DNA of 64,000 nt from a virus. Its lineage: Duplodnaviria; Caudoviricetes. Both the position numbers and the translations under genes were made by a program. Positions 17,797-27,421 of this stretch are shown piece after piece. Under the pieces are notes generated by a model. The model did not search any database, was not told where the DNA came from, and saw only the letters and a list, made by a program, of their open reading frames with translations. The stretch is from IMG/VR virus record IMGVR_UViG_3300027994_000006, positions 1 to 64,000 of that record. One strand, 5' to 3'. The first letter of the stretch is position 1. Every line of letters begins with the position of its first letter.

Positions 17797-18987
17797 ATGG
17801 CCTCTATTAAATTTCTTCTACAAAGCTCTTCGAATCCAGCGAATATCTATGTGAGGCTAATTGACGGAAGAAAAGTTGATATAAAAACAAAAACAAACTT
17901 TATTATAAATCCAGACGAGTGGAGCGCTATCAAACAACGTCCAAAAAACTTAAAGAACGAAGCATCTAAAAACTTAGATTCCAACCTGCAGAATCTCAGA
18001 ACAAATCTACTCAATTATTACAATAAAAATAATGCCGGGGAGATAAATTTAGCTTGGTTGAAAAACTTCATAAATCCAGAAGATAATAAAATTCCCAAAG
18101 ATTTAGTCTCCTATTTTGAGTTTTATCTAACCGAGAGGGGGAATGAAATTAGCCATAGAACATCATTAAAGATAAAAGTTGTCCAGAATAAATTAAAGGA
18201 GATCGAAAAACAGAAGCGTAAAACTTTTCTGCTTAAAGATATAAACTTAAATTTTAAGAAAGAATTCGAGAAGTACAATAAAGATAATGGGTATTCTCCA
18301 AATACTATTCTCAGTAATCTGAAGGAAATAAAATCCATTTGTTATCACGCTAGGAAAAAAGGACTACAAATTAATTCTGAAGTTGAAGATTTTAAAACAT
18401 CTCAGAAGAAAGCAGAAAGTATATATCTAACATTTAACGAATTGGATAAACTAGAAAAACTCGATCTAAAGGTTGATGACTGGAAAGACGCTCGTGATTG
18501 GCTCTTGATTAGCTGCTACACAGCTCAAAGAGTATCCGATTTTATGCGTTTCCAAAAAGAAATGATACGTGTTGAAGGGAATGTAAAGTTGATCGAATTC
18601 GAACAAAAGAAAACAGGGAAAATGATGACACTTCCATTGCATAAAAAGGTAATCGAGGTTTTGAATAAAAGGAATGGAGAATTTCCACCAAAAATAGCTG
18701 AGCAAAAATATAATGAATTAATCAGGTCGGTTTGTAGAAAGGCGAAAATTGAAGATGTAATCTATAGTGGAAAGATGATAGAGAAAAGAAAAGTGATGGG
18801 TAACTATCCAAAATATGAACTGGTTTCTTCTCATATTGGCAGGAGATCTTTTGCGAGCAACTTTTATGGTAAAATACCAACTTCTTTACTAATAAATGCA
18901 ACTGGACATAGCACGGAGCAAATGTTCCTGGTTTATATAGGCAAAAGCAATTCTGATAAGGCTATACAGTTGAGTGAATACTTCTAA
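17797..18987 (+). CDS. int: Tyrosine integrase (Bacteroidota type with arm-binding and SAM-like domains)
   Basis: CYTAQRVSD (R), SSHIGRRSFA (HxxR), TGHST and Y motifs; promoter box TATCTTTG at 17775-17782. Confidence 0.95.
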   Translation: MASIKFLLQSSSNPANIYVRLIDGRKVDIKTKTNFIINPDEWSAIKQRPKNLKNEASKNLDSNLQNLRTNLLNYYNKNNAGEINLAWLKNFINPEDNKIPKDLVSYFEFYLTERGNEISHRTSLKIKVVQNKLKEIEKQKRKTFLLKDINLNFKKEFEKYNKDNGYSPNTILSNLKEIKSICYHARKKGLQINSEVEDFKTSQKKAESIYLTFNELDKLEKLDLKVDDWKDARDWLLISCYTAQRVSDFMRFQKEMIRVEGNVKLIEFEQKKTGKMMTLPLHKKVIEVLNKRNGEFPPKIAEQKYNELIRSVCRKAKIEDVIYSGKMIEKRKVMGNYPKYELVSSHIGRRSFASNFYGKIPTSLLINATGHSTEQMFLVYIGKSNSDKAIQLSEYF

Positions 18988-18988
18988 T

Positions 18989-19019
18989 TTGTCCGAAATA
19001 TAGTAAATTTTTCGGACAA
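18989..19019. terminator. Hairpin between the convergent integrase and lysis-side genes
   Basis: TTGTCCGAAA-N11-TTTCGGACAA perfect 10-bp IR. Confidence 0.55.
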
Positions 19020-19092
19020 GAATTAAAAAAAATAACCCACTCTCGCAAGCAGGTTAAATATCATTTGTGTTTTTGTATTTGTGTTTTTGCCC

Positions 19093-20262
19093 TTAAAAGA
19101 AATATTCGTTGATTGTTTTTCTGTTTTTATAATAGTTGAATAAAACAAAACCTCGCTGTCCTTTCTGAAAATTAGTCTGCACCCAATTTGAACTTGGAGA
19201 CAGAGCCGGATAATTATAATATTTGAATAAGTCTGAACTTGAATTATCAAACAAGTATTGATGGCTATCGCCTTTCTCAAAGATAATTTGGTAGCCTTTA
19301 TTTAGGAGATCAGTGGCGCTTAGGTAACCTACTATTTTATTTATCTGAGCCGGATCTAATTTTGGTTTGAATCCAAACTTCATATGTGTAATATCTTTTC
19401 CGTGAGTAGTCACAAAGCAGTAGTTTCCGTTTATTGTATAGTCAAGGAATTTGGTTTGATTGATTACTAAAACCTGACTGTATGCTTTTTCAACGTAAAC
19501 CTTTAATGCAGAATTTAAACAATAAGAAAAGTCTCCAGAATGATTATCATTATTAATATTGTGAATTTGAATGGTATCAAAGTAGGGTAGTAACGATTCT
19601 AATAAAGTAATTTTGAATTTCAAACCCAAATCAAAAGCATCCTGATTGGAAAGATTCTGAACCAAATGATGTCCTCCACGAGTTGTCTGACCATTGAATC
19701 CATCGAGGTAATCACCAAGTTCAACAATAATCAAGTGTTTTGATTTCTGGTTATTAATTGTGAATCGTATAATTTCTGTAAGCGTTTTCCAAATATCATC
19801 CGTATTCCAGGATAGATTATAAAGGCTATTTCCTTTATCTGAAGCATCCATTCCAATATGCACATCACTTAAAACAAGTCTGTCAAATTCGGCATCGTAT
19901 TCTTTTGTAGACTTTGTCTTATCAACTTTAATTGGTTTTACATTCTTGAAAGCATTTTCAAAGTCGAAGTTTTTAATATCAAAATTAGAAGGAGAGAAGT
20001 TTGGATTCTTAAAATGAAACGAGCCTGTATCTGTCTTTATCCACCCGTATGGAACATCTTTAACACTCAATCCCATATCATCAGCATTTTCCTTTATACC
20101 ATCTTTTACAAGTGTTCTCGGGTTTGTGGTGCGAAATAAATCAAGCTTACTTAATTTATCTTTAGATACTGAATATTTTGGATTACAGTTTCCTATTTTA
20201 GATTTTATTTCAATTCCAAGATATTCTGCTTCTTCCGGCGTTAGCCTTACTCGTATACTCAT
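19093..20262 (-). CDS. Calcineurin-like metallophosphoesterase with N-terminal extension
   Basis: SDVHIG, LGDYLDG, NDNH, THG and GDSH motifs. Confidence 0.85.
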   Translation of the reverse strand: MSIRVRLTPEEAEYLGIEIKSKIGNCNPKYSVSKDKLSKLDLFRTTNPRTLVKDGIKENADDMGLSVKDVPYGWIKTDTGSFHFKNPNFSPSNFDIKNFDFENAFKNVKPIKVDKTKSTKEYDAEFDRLVLSDVHIGMDASDKGNSLYNLSWNTDDIWKTLTEIIRFTINNQKSKHLIIVELGDYLDGFNGQTTRGGHHLVQNLSNQDAFDLGLKFKITLLESLLPYFDTIQIHNINNDNHSGDFSYCLNSALKVYVEKAYSQVLVINQTKFLDYTINGNYCFVTTHGKDITHMKFGFKPKLDPAQINKIVGYLSATDLLNKGYQIIFEKGDSHQYLFDNSSSDLFKYYNYPALSPSSNWVQTNFQKGQRGFVLFNYYKNRKTINEYFF

Positions 20263-20291
20263 TTATTGTTTTGTGTGGGCGATTTGTAGTA

Positions 20292-20331
20292 CGAAAGTAC
20301 GTCCAAGTGGATATTTACTTGTGTTTGCTTA
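20292..20331 (-). promoter_or_regulatory. Late-promoter motif, variant copy
   Basis: TAAGCAAAC-N23-TACTTTCG, 30 nt upstream of the phosphoesterase ATG; one mismatch in each box. Confidence 0.55.
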
Positions 20332-20862
20332 ATATTTTTGATTAAATACAGCTTTACTACGGTTCATCCAGCCTGCTAAGAATTTTTTCAAACTTACTAA
20401 ACTCACATAGAAAGAATCTCTTTTTTGTTTTAAACAAGCTTCAGTAACGTTATTCATTTTTGAAATTGTAACTGCACCAATAATCCCATCTGCCGTTACA
20501 CCAGCGCAAGATTGCATAATTTTAATTGCCCTTGAAATTCCCACATTATAGGCCATATCAAAATAATAAAGCTTAGTGTCATACGGCATTTTCTCTGCTC
20601 GGATAGCTAGATAGAATTTAACAAAAGCAATATATGACGCTTCGTCTCTGGTTGTGTCTTTAAAGTCATTAAAGTCTGTGAATAAGTGACTCCAATTATT
20701 CCAGGTAATACCCCATAATGTCCAACCACCTGAGTCTCCGGAAACTTTATGTAGTTTATTTCCTCCTTCCCATTGCATTACAATTGGAAAGATGTTTTCT
20801 TTGAAAAAATCAAACTCTGATTGGTAGTTTTTAGCTATCGCTTTATATTCGGCTAGGTTCAT
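20329..20862 (-). CDS. Endolysin, glycoside hydrolase family 108 with peptidoglycan-binding C-terminus
   Basis: WEGG...DSGGWTLWGIT, FDMAYNVG and ADGIIGAVT. Confidence 0.88.
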   Translation of the reverse strand: MNLAEYKAIAKNYQSEFDFFKENIFPIVMQWEGGNKLHKVSGDSGGWTLWGITWNNWSHLFTDFNDFKDTTRDEASYIAFVKFYLAIRAEKMPYDTKLYYFDMAYNVGISRAIKIMQSCAGVTADGIIGAVTISKMNNVTEACLKQKRDSFYVSLVSLKKFLAGWMNRSKAVFNQKY

Positions 20863-20892
20863 ATTGCTTAATTATAACCGCAATATAATCCG

Positions 20893-21474
20893 CTATATAA
20901 GGTTTTTAAGTTTTGCTAAAACACCAACATACCATTGGCTTTGTTTTGTTCTCTTCCAAAGTTGCTGAATAAGTATTATGAAGGCGATTCCTCCCAAGAA
21001 AATCAAAACATACAGCCACCAATAGTCACGCTTGCTTTCAACCTTCAAAGTCTTATTTTTTCTTAGTTCTTCATTCTCTGTTTTAAGATTGAGATTTTCT
21101 TTTGTTTTTTGAGCGAGTTGTAATTCTGTGGTTTTATCGGTTTTGGTTTTCTGCTGTTCGTTGCCGATCTTTGTCTCAGAGTTTGGAAGAACCGGAATCG
21201 CAGATTTGTTTCCGTTCTTGTCAGTTATAGTAATTGTAGATTCGGAACATTTGTCCGATGCGAATAGTGGAACAATAGAGATATTCATTTTAGAAATATC
21301 ATCTACAGTATATTCTGTTGTCTTCGATTTTAAGTCAACATCAGAAGTTGCGGAGTAATTAATTTCTTGTTTCTCTGTAGTCTTGATTTCTTCTTTAACT
21401 AAATCTTTCTTTCTGGAGGTTGCACAAGAAAGAAGAATGGTGGTTGCGATTATCGTATGGATTATTTTTCTCAT
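20893..21474 (-). CDS. Putative unimolecular spanin (N-terminal lipoprotein signal plus C-terminal TM helix)
   Basis: Lipobox LLSC at the N-terminus; TM segment YWWLYVLIFLGGIAFIILIQ near the C-terminus; adjacent to the endolysin. Confidence 0.65.
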   Translation of the reverse strand: MRKIIHTIIATTILLSCATSRKKDLVKEEIKTTEKQEINYSATSDVDLKSKTTEYTVDDISKMNISIVPLFASDKCSESTITITDKNGNKSAIPVLPNSETKIGNEQQKTKTDKTTELQLAQKTKENLNLKTENEELRKNKTLKVESKRDYWWLYVLIFLGGIAFIILIQQLWKRTKQSQWYVGVLAKLKNLI

Positions 21475-21475
21475 A

Positions 21476-21886
21476 TCAATCTATATATTTTTTCACACCA
21501 TTTTCATATCGGAACATCCTTATCCTTACAGAATCTTTATTTAAAAGCCTTCCTACCCATTTACGCTTCACCTCTTCCCAATAAATAATTTCATTATCTT
21601 GCTTTGTTGCCGAGGACTTTTCTGATGCTTTTGCTAACTTGTAATTCTTAGAAACTTTTATTTTCTTTTCGGCCTTTAGGAAGGCAATTCTTTCCCGGAT
21701 CTTTTTGAGAAAAGTCATCTGTTTTTGGACTTCTTTCTCCTTAAGATACCTTACGCTATCAATAGTCTTCTGTTCTTTTAATATAATTTCTGCAGTATTT
21801 TTTGCTACGAAAGATAATGTGTCCGGGTTTTGGCAAAATACCATCAAAGGCAGGCTAAGTGCTAAAATTTTTAATAATGCTTTCAT
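21476..21886 (-). CDS. Secreted/periplasmic protein of the lysis cassette
   Basis: Signal-peptide-like MKALLKILALSLPLMVFC. Confidence 0.55.
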   Translation of the reverse strand: MKALLKILALSLPLMVFCQNPDTLSFVAKNTAEIILKEQKTIDSVRYLKEKEVQKQMTFLKKIRERIAFLKAEKKIKVSKNYKLAKASEKSSATKQDNEIIYWEEVKRKWVGRLLNKDSVRIRMFRYENGVKKYID

Positions 21887-21887
21887 C

Positions 21888-22286
21888 TTATAATGTGTTT
21901 AGTGTTTTCTCAAGTTCCTTTGTTTTCTTTCTTTGATTTTCAAGCGATTCTAGTTCCAAATGCTTTTTATCTGTAACATATTTTTCAAGATTTTGATAGA
22001 AAAGAATATATTTCTGAGTTACTGCGATACAATCATAATTATCTAACTTGTCTTGAATTACAGCAACATCTTTTTCTAACTTGATATTCTTAGTTTTTAC
22101 GTCCGTAATATCTTTTACATACTTAATTTCTGCACTCACATAACCCACATCCCTTTGCCAAAATGCAATTGCAAATCCACCAGCAAGCAAAAGACCAAAT
22201 AAAACAACTGCACCTAATGGTTTTGATAGTAGTGTAATAGCTTTTCTCCAAGCCCCGAAAAATAGATCTGTGTATTGTTTTATCAT
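21888..22286 (-). CDS. Single-TM coiled-coil protein (holin- or i-spanin-like candidate)
   Basis: TM segment LGAVVLFGLLLAGGFAIAFW followed by coiled coil; head of the lysis cassette. Confidence 0.5.
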   Translation of the reverse strand: MIKQYTDLFFGAWRKAITLLSKPLGAVVLFGLLLAGGFAIAFWQRDVGYVSAEIKYVKDITDVKTKNIKLEKDVAVIQDKLDNYDCIAVTQKYILFYQNLEKYVTDKKHLELESLENQRKKTKELEKTLNTL

Positions 22287-22361
22287 TTTTTAGTATGATT
22301 TTTAATGTTTCTAAAATAAATGTAGCTGTCTGCTATATCCTGATGATACAATTATTATGTT

Positions 22362-24161
22362 TTAACTATTTAATAAACTTTGAATAACCGGTTTAATTAT
22401 GGTTCCTAATATTGCGTGTCCTGCAGGATACGGATGGACACCATCAGATGCGTAATATGTTAAATTATCTGCCGTTGCTACATCACCCATAATGCTAACC
22501 GAAGGATTTCCAAAATCTGCTAAAGCATCATAAAAAGAGGGATTTGTTCTTATAAGATTATTAAGATAATTTCTATATATTTCCCAATTACTTCCAGGGC
22601 CACCATTATCAGATGCACTACCTGATGGTAAACAAGTAACAGCGATTACTTTTGCTCCTGCATTTCTTACTGCTGTATAATAATTTTTTAATCTAACAAA
22701 ATAGGCATCGCATGCTGCATTAGATTGGAGTAAAACATTATCATTTCTCCCTATTAAAAGAGACACAATAGCTTTACCTCCTCCTTTTCTTACTTCTGCA
22801 ATCCTATCAAGCATATAGGGTAGATCCGCTTCCACAAAATTAAGTGAATGTCCTGATGTTGCTAAATTAAGATGACCTAAAGATTCATTGTTATCAAAGA
22901 TTTCATCAGACATTCTATATGCATAAGATTTACCTTGAGGTGCTGAATAAGCTGCTGTAATGGAATCTCCTTCTGCTAAATACCAATTTCTTTTCTTTAT
23001 ATCTCCTGTATATGTAAATAGTTTTTTTCTTGCATTTTTTACAGCATGATACCACTCTTCGGGTGTTAACTTTTTATCCCAAATGGTACACATTGCAAGA
23101 TCACCTACAAAATTACTTGTAGATGGTAATCTTGTTAACAAGGAAAGAGTCTGTATTTTCTTTGAAACATAACCTGTGTTAAATGAAGTTATAACTTCAT
23201 TTACATAAGTTAAAGCCTGAGTGCTGTCATAAGAAATTCCTAATATTATAAATCCTTGATTAGTTAATTTACCTGTTCCATAGGCTAGCGATCTTGAAAA
23301 TGAAGGTTCACCATCTACAATAGATAATGATACATCTAGCAAACTAGTCCCCAGAATACCATCGTCTATTGTTGACAAAATAGACTGTGTTGTTGCTGAA
23401 TTAATTCTTAAGGCAAACAATGCTGTCATAGCAGTCCATTCTTTAGGGACAGGGAATTGTGGTGACTGTAGTGCTAATGGAGTATTAGTTATAAATTCTC
23501 CATTTTTTGTAATAGGATTTCTAATCCCATAAGGCTTCATTGCATGCCCGTCATTACCATCATCTATATAATTTGGGATTGTTTCTGATGCAGGATAAAG
23601 TTGCAATTCATCAATGTAAAATAATTGAACTCCCATACCAATCTGAGAACCTATAACAAAAAATGTATTTGCACTAGCATTAGTAACTGTACCATTTACA
23701 CTGATAGTTTGCCAAGTATCTCCAATATCAAAATTTGTTGTGGCTGTTGTTGTGCTAAACCCATATCTTAATTTCTGAGTAACTCCTGATACTGCTGACT
23801 TAATCTTAAATCTAAACGTATAATTGCCTACAGGTAACATTCTATTAAAAAATGGTTTATAAAAAGAACTTGAAGTTTCGCCTCCTACTGTGTTAGGAAC
23901 GGTTACTTTGGCAGCACTAATCAAATAATTTGGACCATCTACATTATGCTGTAATATGCTACCGCCACCAGTAAAGGTTCCTTCCATTGGTAATAAACCA
24001 CTTGAATTATATATTATATTCTTACTTGGTCCGTGACTAGAATTTTTATTTTTCCAAGTTGCATTAGTTGTTCCTACATCTTTAGAACTAAAGTTGTAAA
24101 TTGCTGTTAGATCTTCAGGATTTGGTAGTCCATATAAATTGAATATTATTGGTTGGCTCAT
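22362..24161 (-). CDS. Tail-associated SGNH/GDSL esterase with carbohydrate-binding and LamG-like domains
   Basis: GDSIT (block I), ATSGHS, IGRND and DGVHP motifs; beta-rich N-terminal domains. Confidence 0.8.
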   Translation of the reverse strand: MSQPIIFNLYGLPNPEDLTAIYNFSSKDVGTTNATWKNKNSSHGPSKNIIYNSSGLLPMEGTFTGGGSILQHNVDGPNYLISAAKVTVPNTVGGETSSSFYKPFFNRMLPVGNYTFRFKIKSAVSGVTQKLRYGFSTTTATTNFDIGDTWQTISVNGTVTNASANTFFVIGSQIGMGVQLFYIDELQLYPASETIPNYIDDGNDGHAMKPYGIRNPITKNGEFITNTPLALQSPQFPVPKEWTAMTALFALRINSATTQSILSTIDDGILGTSLLDVSLSIVDGEPSFSRSLAYGTGKLTNQGFIILGISYDSTQALTYVNEVITSFNTGYVSKKIQTLSLLTRLPSTSNFVGDLAMCTIWDKKLTPEEWYHAVKNARKKLFTYTGDIKKRNWYLAEGDSITAAYSAPQGKSYAYRMSDEIFDNNESLGHLNLATSGHSLNFVEADLPYMLDRIAEVRKGGGKAIVSLLIGRNDNVLLQSNAACDAYFVRLKNYYTAVRNAGAKVIAVTCLPSGSASDNGGPGSNWEIYRNYLNNLIRTNPSFYDALADFGNPSVSIMGDVATADNLTYYASDGVHPYPAGHAILGTIIKPVIQSLLNS

Positions 24162-25388
24162 TTATCTATTGTATACAGTTAAATAATAAATAGTTCCATC
24201 AGACGAAGTGAGCGTTGCTTGGCTTCCCTCACCACCATTTAATACTTTAGTTAAATCTAAATCCTTTATTATAACACCTGATCCTGCTGTAAATGTTATA
24301 GTTCCAGTACCTGTTTTCATTAGTGTTAATGCAATTGGTGCAGATCCCGATAAACATTCAAAATTTATATTATTTGAACCATTTGCTATCTCTGTTGTTC
24401 TCCCATTCATACCAAGCGAATTAGAATCAACTGTATTACTATTAATACTTACAGCTGTGGTAATTTTAATCAATGGAGTCATTGAATCTTTTACTAATTT
24501 AGCTGTTGGATATTCATCATTTGTAGGTGTAGTGCTCCAAGAAGATTTTTTATTAGATAGATTTTCTTTATTGGCTAATAATGTTGTTAATGACGAATTA
24601 GTAATATAATTTTGACTTGTAACCCAACCTTGATACTGTGTAATTGTATGATATAACGAAAGGTCTACAATTCCTGCAAGTTTATCCCAGCCAGGCGAAC
24701 CTGTATTATTGTAATTTTCAATCCAAACATAATTATCGCCCGTATCAAGTAAATTCCAAACATCACCAAATTTTCTATCAGTCGTTGGGAGTGATGCGAA
24801 ATTAGCGACATTACCTTTTGCTGTATATGTGGCGGATAGTTTGCTGTCTATTTCATTTTTATTATAATAGTTTGTTGAAACAAATATCTGAGAAGCATAA
24901 TTTTTATTGTTTACCCAAGTCTGTATCGAAGTTTCTAATATTGGCAAGTCTGTTTTTAATGAATAAAATTCAGCATCACTAAATTCTGATAATTTTATAT
25001 AATCAGAGGAACTAATTGTTCCTCTATTTCCCGATGAAGCAGGATAAATAGAAATATTATCATCAATTATATATAAAGGATTTGTAACTCCAATAATTGT
25101 CCCCCCACCGCCGGAACCCCCACCTTTTTTAAAAAGTAATGGCGTGAGGACTTCTGATAAATCTTCGTAGTTTGTGTAAACCGTACCATCTACTGTGATG
25201 TCTTCTATTTTTTCAGAAAAAAGTAAATCTCCTGTATTAGCTTGTGTAGCTTTTACATAGAAATCAACATTATCTTTATATATCTTTTTTAATTCAAAGA
25301 TTTTCGCTTTCACCTCAAATTCTGAGTAGTAATCCTTCTTGAACTTGAAGGAGTCTGCGGTGTTTGTTTGTATTGTTATTTTTGCCAT
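24162..25388 (-). CDS. Tail fibre/appendage protein
   Basis: GDVWNLLDTGDNYVW...WDKLAG motif, Gly-rich linker, C-terminal beta domain; lies in the RBP block. Confidence 0.6.
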   Translation of the reverse strand: MAKITIQTNTADSFKFKKDYYSEFEVKAKIFELKKIYKDNVDFYVKATQANTGDLLFSEKIEDITVDGTVYTNYEDLSEVLTPLLFKKGGGSGGGGTIIGVTNPLYIIDDNISIYPASSGNRGTISSSDYIKLSEFSDAEFYSLKTDLPILETSIQTWVNNKNYASQIFVSTNYYNKNEIDSKLSATYTAKGNVANFASLPTTDRKFGDVWNLLDTGDNYVWIENYNNTGSPGWDKLAGIVDLSLYHTITQYQGWVTSQNYITNSSLTTLLANKENLSNKKSSWSTTPTNDEYPTAKLVKDSMTPLIKITTAVSINSNTVDSNSLGMNGRTTEIANGSNNINFECLSGSAPIALTLMKTGTGTITFTAGSGVIIKDLDLTKVLNGGEGSQATLTSSDGTIYYLTVYNR

Positions 25389-25407
25389 TACTTATTTGTG
25401 TTTTTAT

Positions 25408-27321
25408 TTAGATAACTTTCATTATTGTACCTATTGCAGTCATATATAAATTTCCAGGTATTAATCCTCCTGCAATTGCAGAAGAACTATCTGGATAATA
25501 AGGTAGATTTGAATATATAGAGCTATTAATGGAGGCTAGATTTGCAGTTACACTAATGCCGCTTAATGAAGGTTGTTTAATATTTAGGAAGTAACTATTT
25601 TCCACCCCAACTTCTCTGATAGGCGAACTGCCATTTTCATTGTATAAATCAGATATAATAGTTTCTGTTTTTACAAAATTTGAATTACTTATGTTAATGA
25701 CTTTAGCATTATTAGTATTTAGACTTAGAATTTTATTAAATCTTGCGTGATAAATATTTCCTTTATTAATGATAAGATTTGATCCTTGATAAGAACTATT
25801 ATCGACGTATCTTATAAACGAATCATTACCTCCAAAGCCAGATGTTTCTTCATCTGATTTTATTTCTTGAATATTTACAAAAGAATTGATAATTTCTAAC
25901 CTGTGAATTCCAGATTTTGGGTTTTTATTTGTGGTATTATCTAAGGAAAGATAATATGAGTTATGTTCAAGACTTAAAACATCAAAAGATATTGCAGAAT
26001 TTTCTATTTTTAAAAATGTCTGACTTGATCCCTTTACTTTAAAATAACCCGAAATATTAAATGAACCCACTCCTGAGTTATTTATACCATGCATATAAAC
26101 TGTAGAAGAAGTATTTGATATAGCTGTTGTTTGTTGGTAGACAGGTGAACCAAATAAGATTACTGGTGATCCTGCATTTATTAATGGGTTATAAACACCA
26201 CTGTCATTTATTTGATAGGAACCATCAATAGTGAAATTAGTGAAATTGTGCTCCGTGGAAAAATCACTGTTTTGAAAAACTTCAAAATCTGCAATACTTT
26301 TAACTGTTTCACTATAAATAGTGATGTTATTAAAGGTTAAATATACTTCACCTATAAAACTTGTTGATATTGCTTTTTGTTTAAGAAATGCTGTTGATAC
26401 GGGACTTACTGATGCTGAAATAGCCGTACCTTGATAATTAATTGTATAATTGGATTCTGAAGTAATATTTGCAGTATTTACAGAAATCGTATTTTCAAGT
26501 AAGGGTACAGCATCTAGATCAGCTTGGGTTACTGTCACATTTGATTGTAGTTTTATTTTTGCGTTTTTATATTGAGGGTTAATAACGCTTCCATTTCCTA
26601 TTACAGCTTTTAAAGCATTCGTAAATTTGGAATAAGGTTTAGATATAGAACCATTCCCTGTATATGGATAGTTCTCATTCACATCAAACTGTTTGAGATT
26701 TTCATCAGCACCCTGAATAATTTCTCCACGTAAAACAGCTTTTCCATCCTCTATTTTTCTTTGGAAATTAATAGTGTCCGATACAATAGGTAGTAACTTT
26801 ATTTTTTTATCAGTAGAGTCTAATCCGTCATAGATAGGAACACCTACGTCAGAAGAACTTTTACCATCAACTACAGGATAATCCACTGTAGGGATGATTG
26901 GATCTTTCATTTTTCGTTTAACGCCTTCTTCATCAACAACTATTAATTCATAATAATACTCAGGCGTGTCACCTGGAACTGTCGTTGCTAAGATGTAGAT
27001 TGAATCAGGTGTTACAGCCTGATCTTCGTTAGTTATAACTTTTATTCCTTCCCCTTTAGGAAAATGAATCTTTACAAAGTTATCGTCACAATTACAAGGT
27101 TCATCGTCGCCATTCTCCGGATCTACACCGCCATCAAATTGCCCCATTGTTTTCCAGCAACCTAATAGCGTATCACATATAAGTTCTCCGCCAAAGACAA
27201 TATCCTTGATAAAATCTTCCACCAAAACAACCGTCATACATTCGCCACGAATTAGCATTATATAATCCGTTATCTCGGCATTTTTGACGGCATTCTTTAT
27301 CAGTTCTTTTGTACTTGACAT
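25408..27321 (-). CDS. Tail spike/fibre protein
   Basis: YTGNGSISKPY followed by an Asn/Ser-rich beta-helix-like body; C-terminal SAIAGGLIPGNLYMT motif; has its own late promoter. Confidence 0.6.
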   Translation of the reverse strand: MSSTKELIKNAVKNAEITDYIMLIRGECMTVVLVEDFIKDIVFGGELICDTLLGCWKTMGQFDGGVDPENGDDEPCNCDDNFVKIHFPKGEGIKVITNEDQAVTPDSIYILATTVPGDTPEYYYELIVVDEEGVKRKMKDPIIPTVDYPVVDGKSSSDVGVPIYDGLDSTDKKIKLLPIVSDTINFQRKIEDGKAVLRGEIIQGADENLKQFDVNENYPYTGNGSISKPYSKFTNALKAVIGNGSVINPQYKNAKIKLQSNVTVTQADLDAVPLLENTISVNTANITSESNYTINYQGTAISASVSPVSTAFLKQKAISTSFIGEVYLTFNNITIYSETVKSIADFEVFQNSDFSTEHNFTNFTIDGSYQINDSGVYNPLINAGSPVILFGSPVYQQTTAISNTSSTVYMHGINNSGVGSFNISGYFKVKGSSQTFLKIENSAISFDVLSLEHNSYYLSLDNTTNKNPKSGIHRLEIINSFVNIQEIKSDEETSGFGGNDSFIRYVDNSSYQGSNLIINKGNIYHARFNKILSLNTNNAKVINISNSNFVKTETIISDLYNENGSSPIREVGVENSYFLNIKQPSLSGISVTANLASINSSIYSNLPYYPDSSSAIAGGLIPGNLYMTAIGTIMKVI

Positions 27322-27338
27322 TTCATCTCTGTTTTAGA

Positions 27339-27378
27339 CAAATGTAAAGTCGAGTAGTGCGATTGCCTTTTTTGCTTA
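27339..27378 (-). promoter_or_regulatory. Late-promoter motif
   Basis: TAAGCAAAA-N23-TACATTTG upstream of the RBP operon. Confidence 0.75.
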
Positions 27379-27392
27379 TTTAGGCGACAAAT

Positions 27393-27414
27393 AAAAAACC
27401 ACTCGTTTGAGTGG
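27393..27414 (-). terminator. Intrinsic terminator after the giant gene
   Basis: CCACTC-AAAC-GAGTGG hairpin followed by TTTTTT on the minus strand. Confidence 0.75.
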
Positions 27415-27421
27415 CTTGGTT

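Noticed and set aside
22362-27321. Diversity-generating retroelement acting on the tail fibres
   Set aside because: No reverse transcriptase gene, and no template/variable repeat pair differing at adenines was seen.
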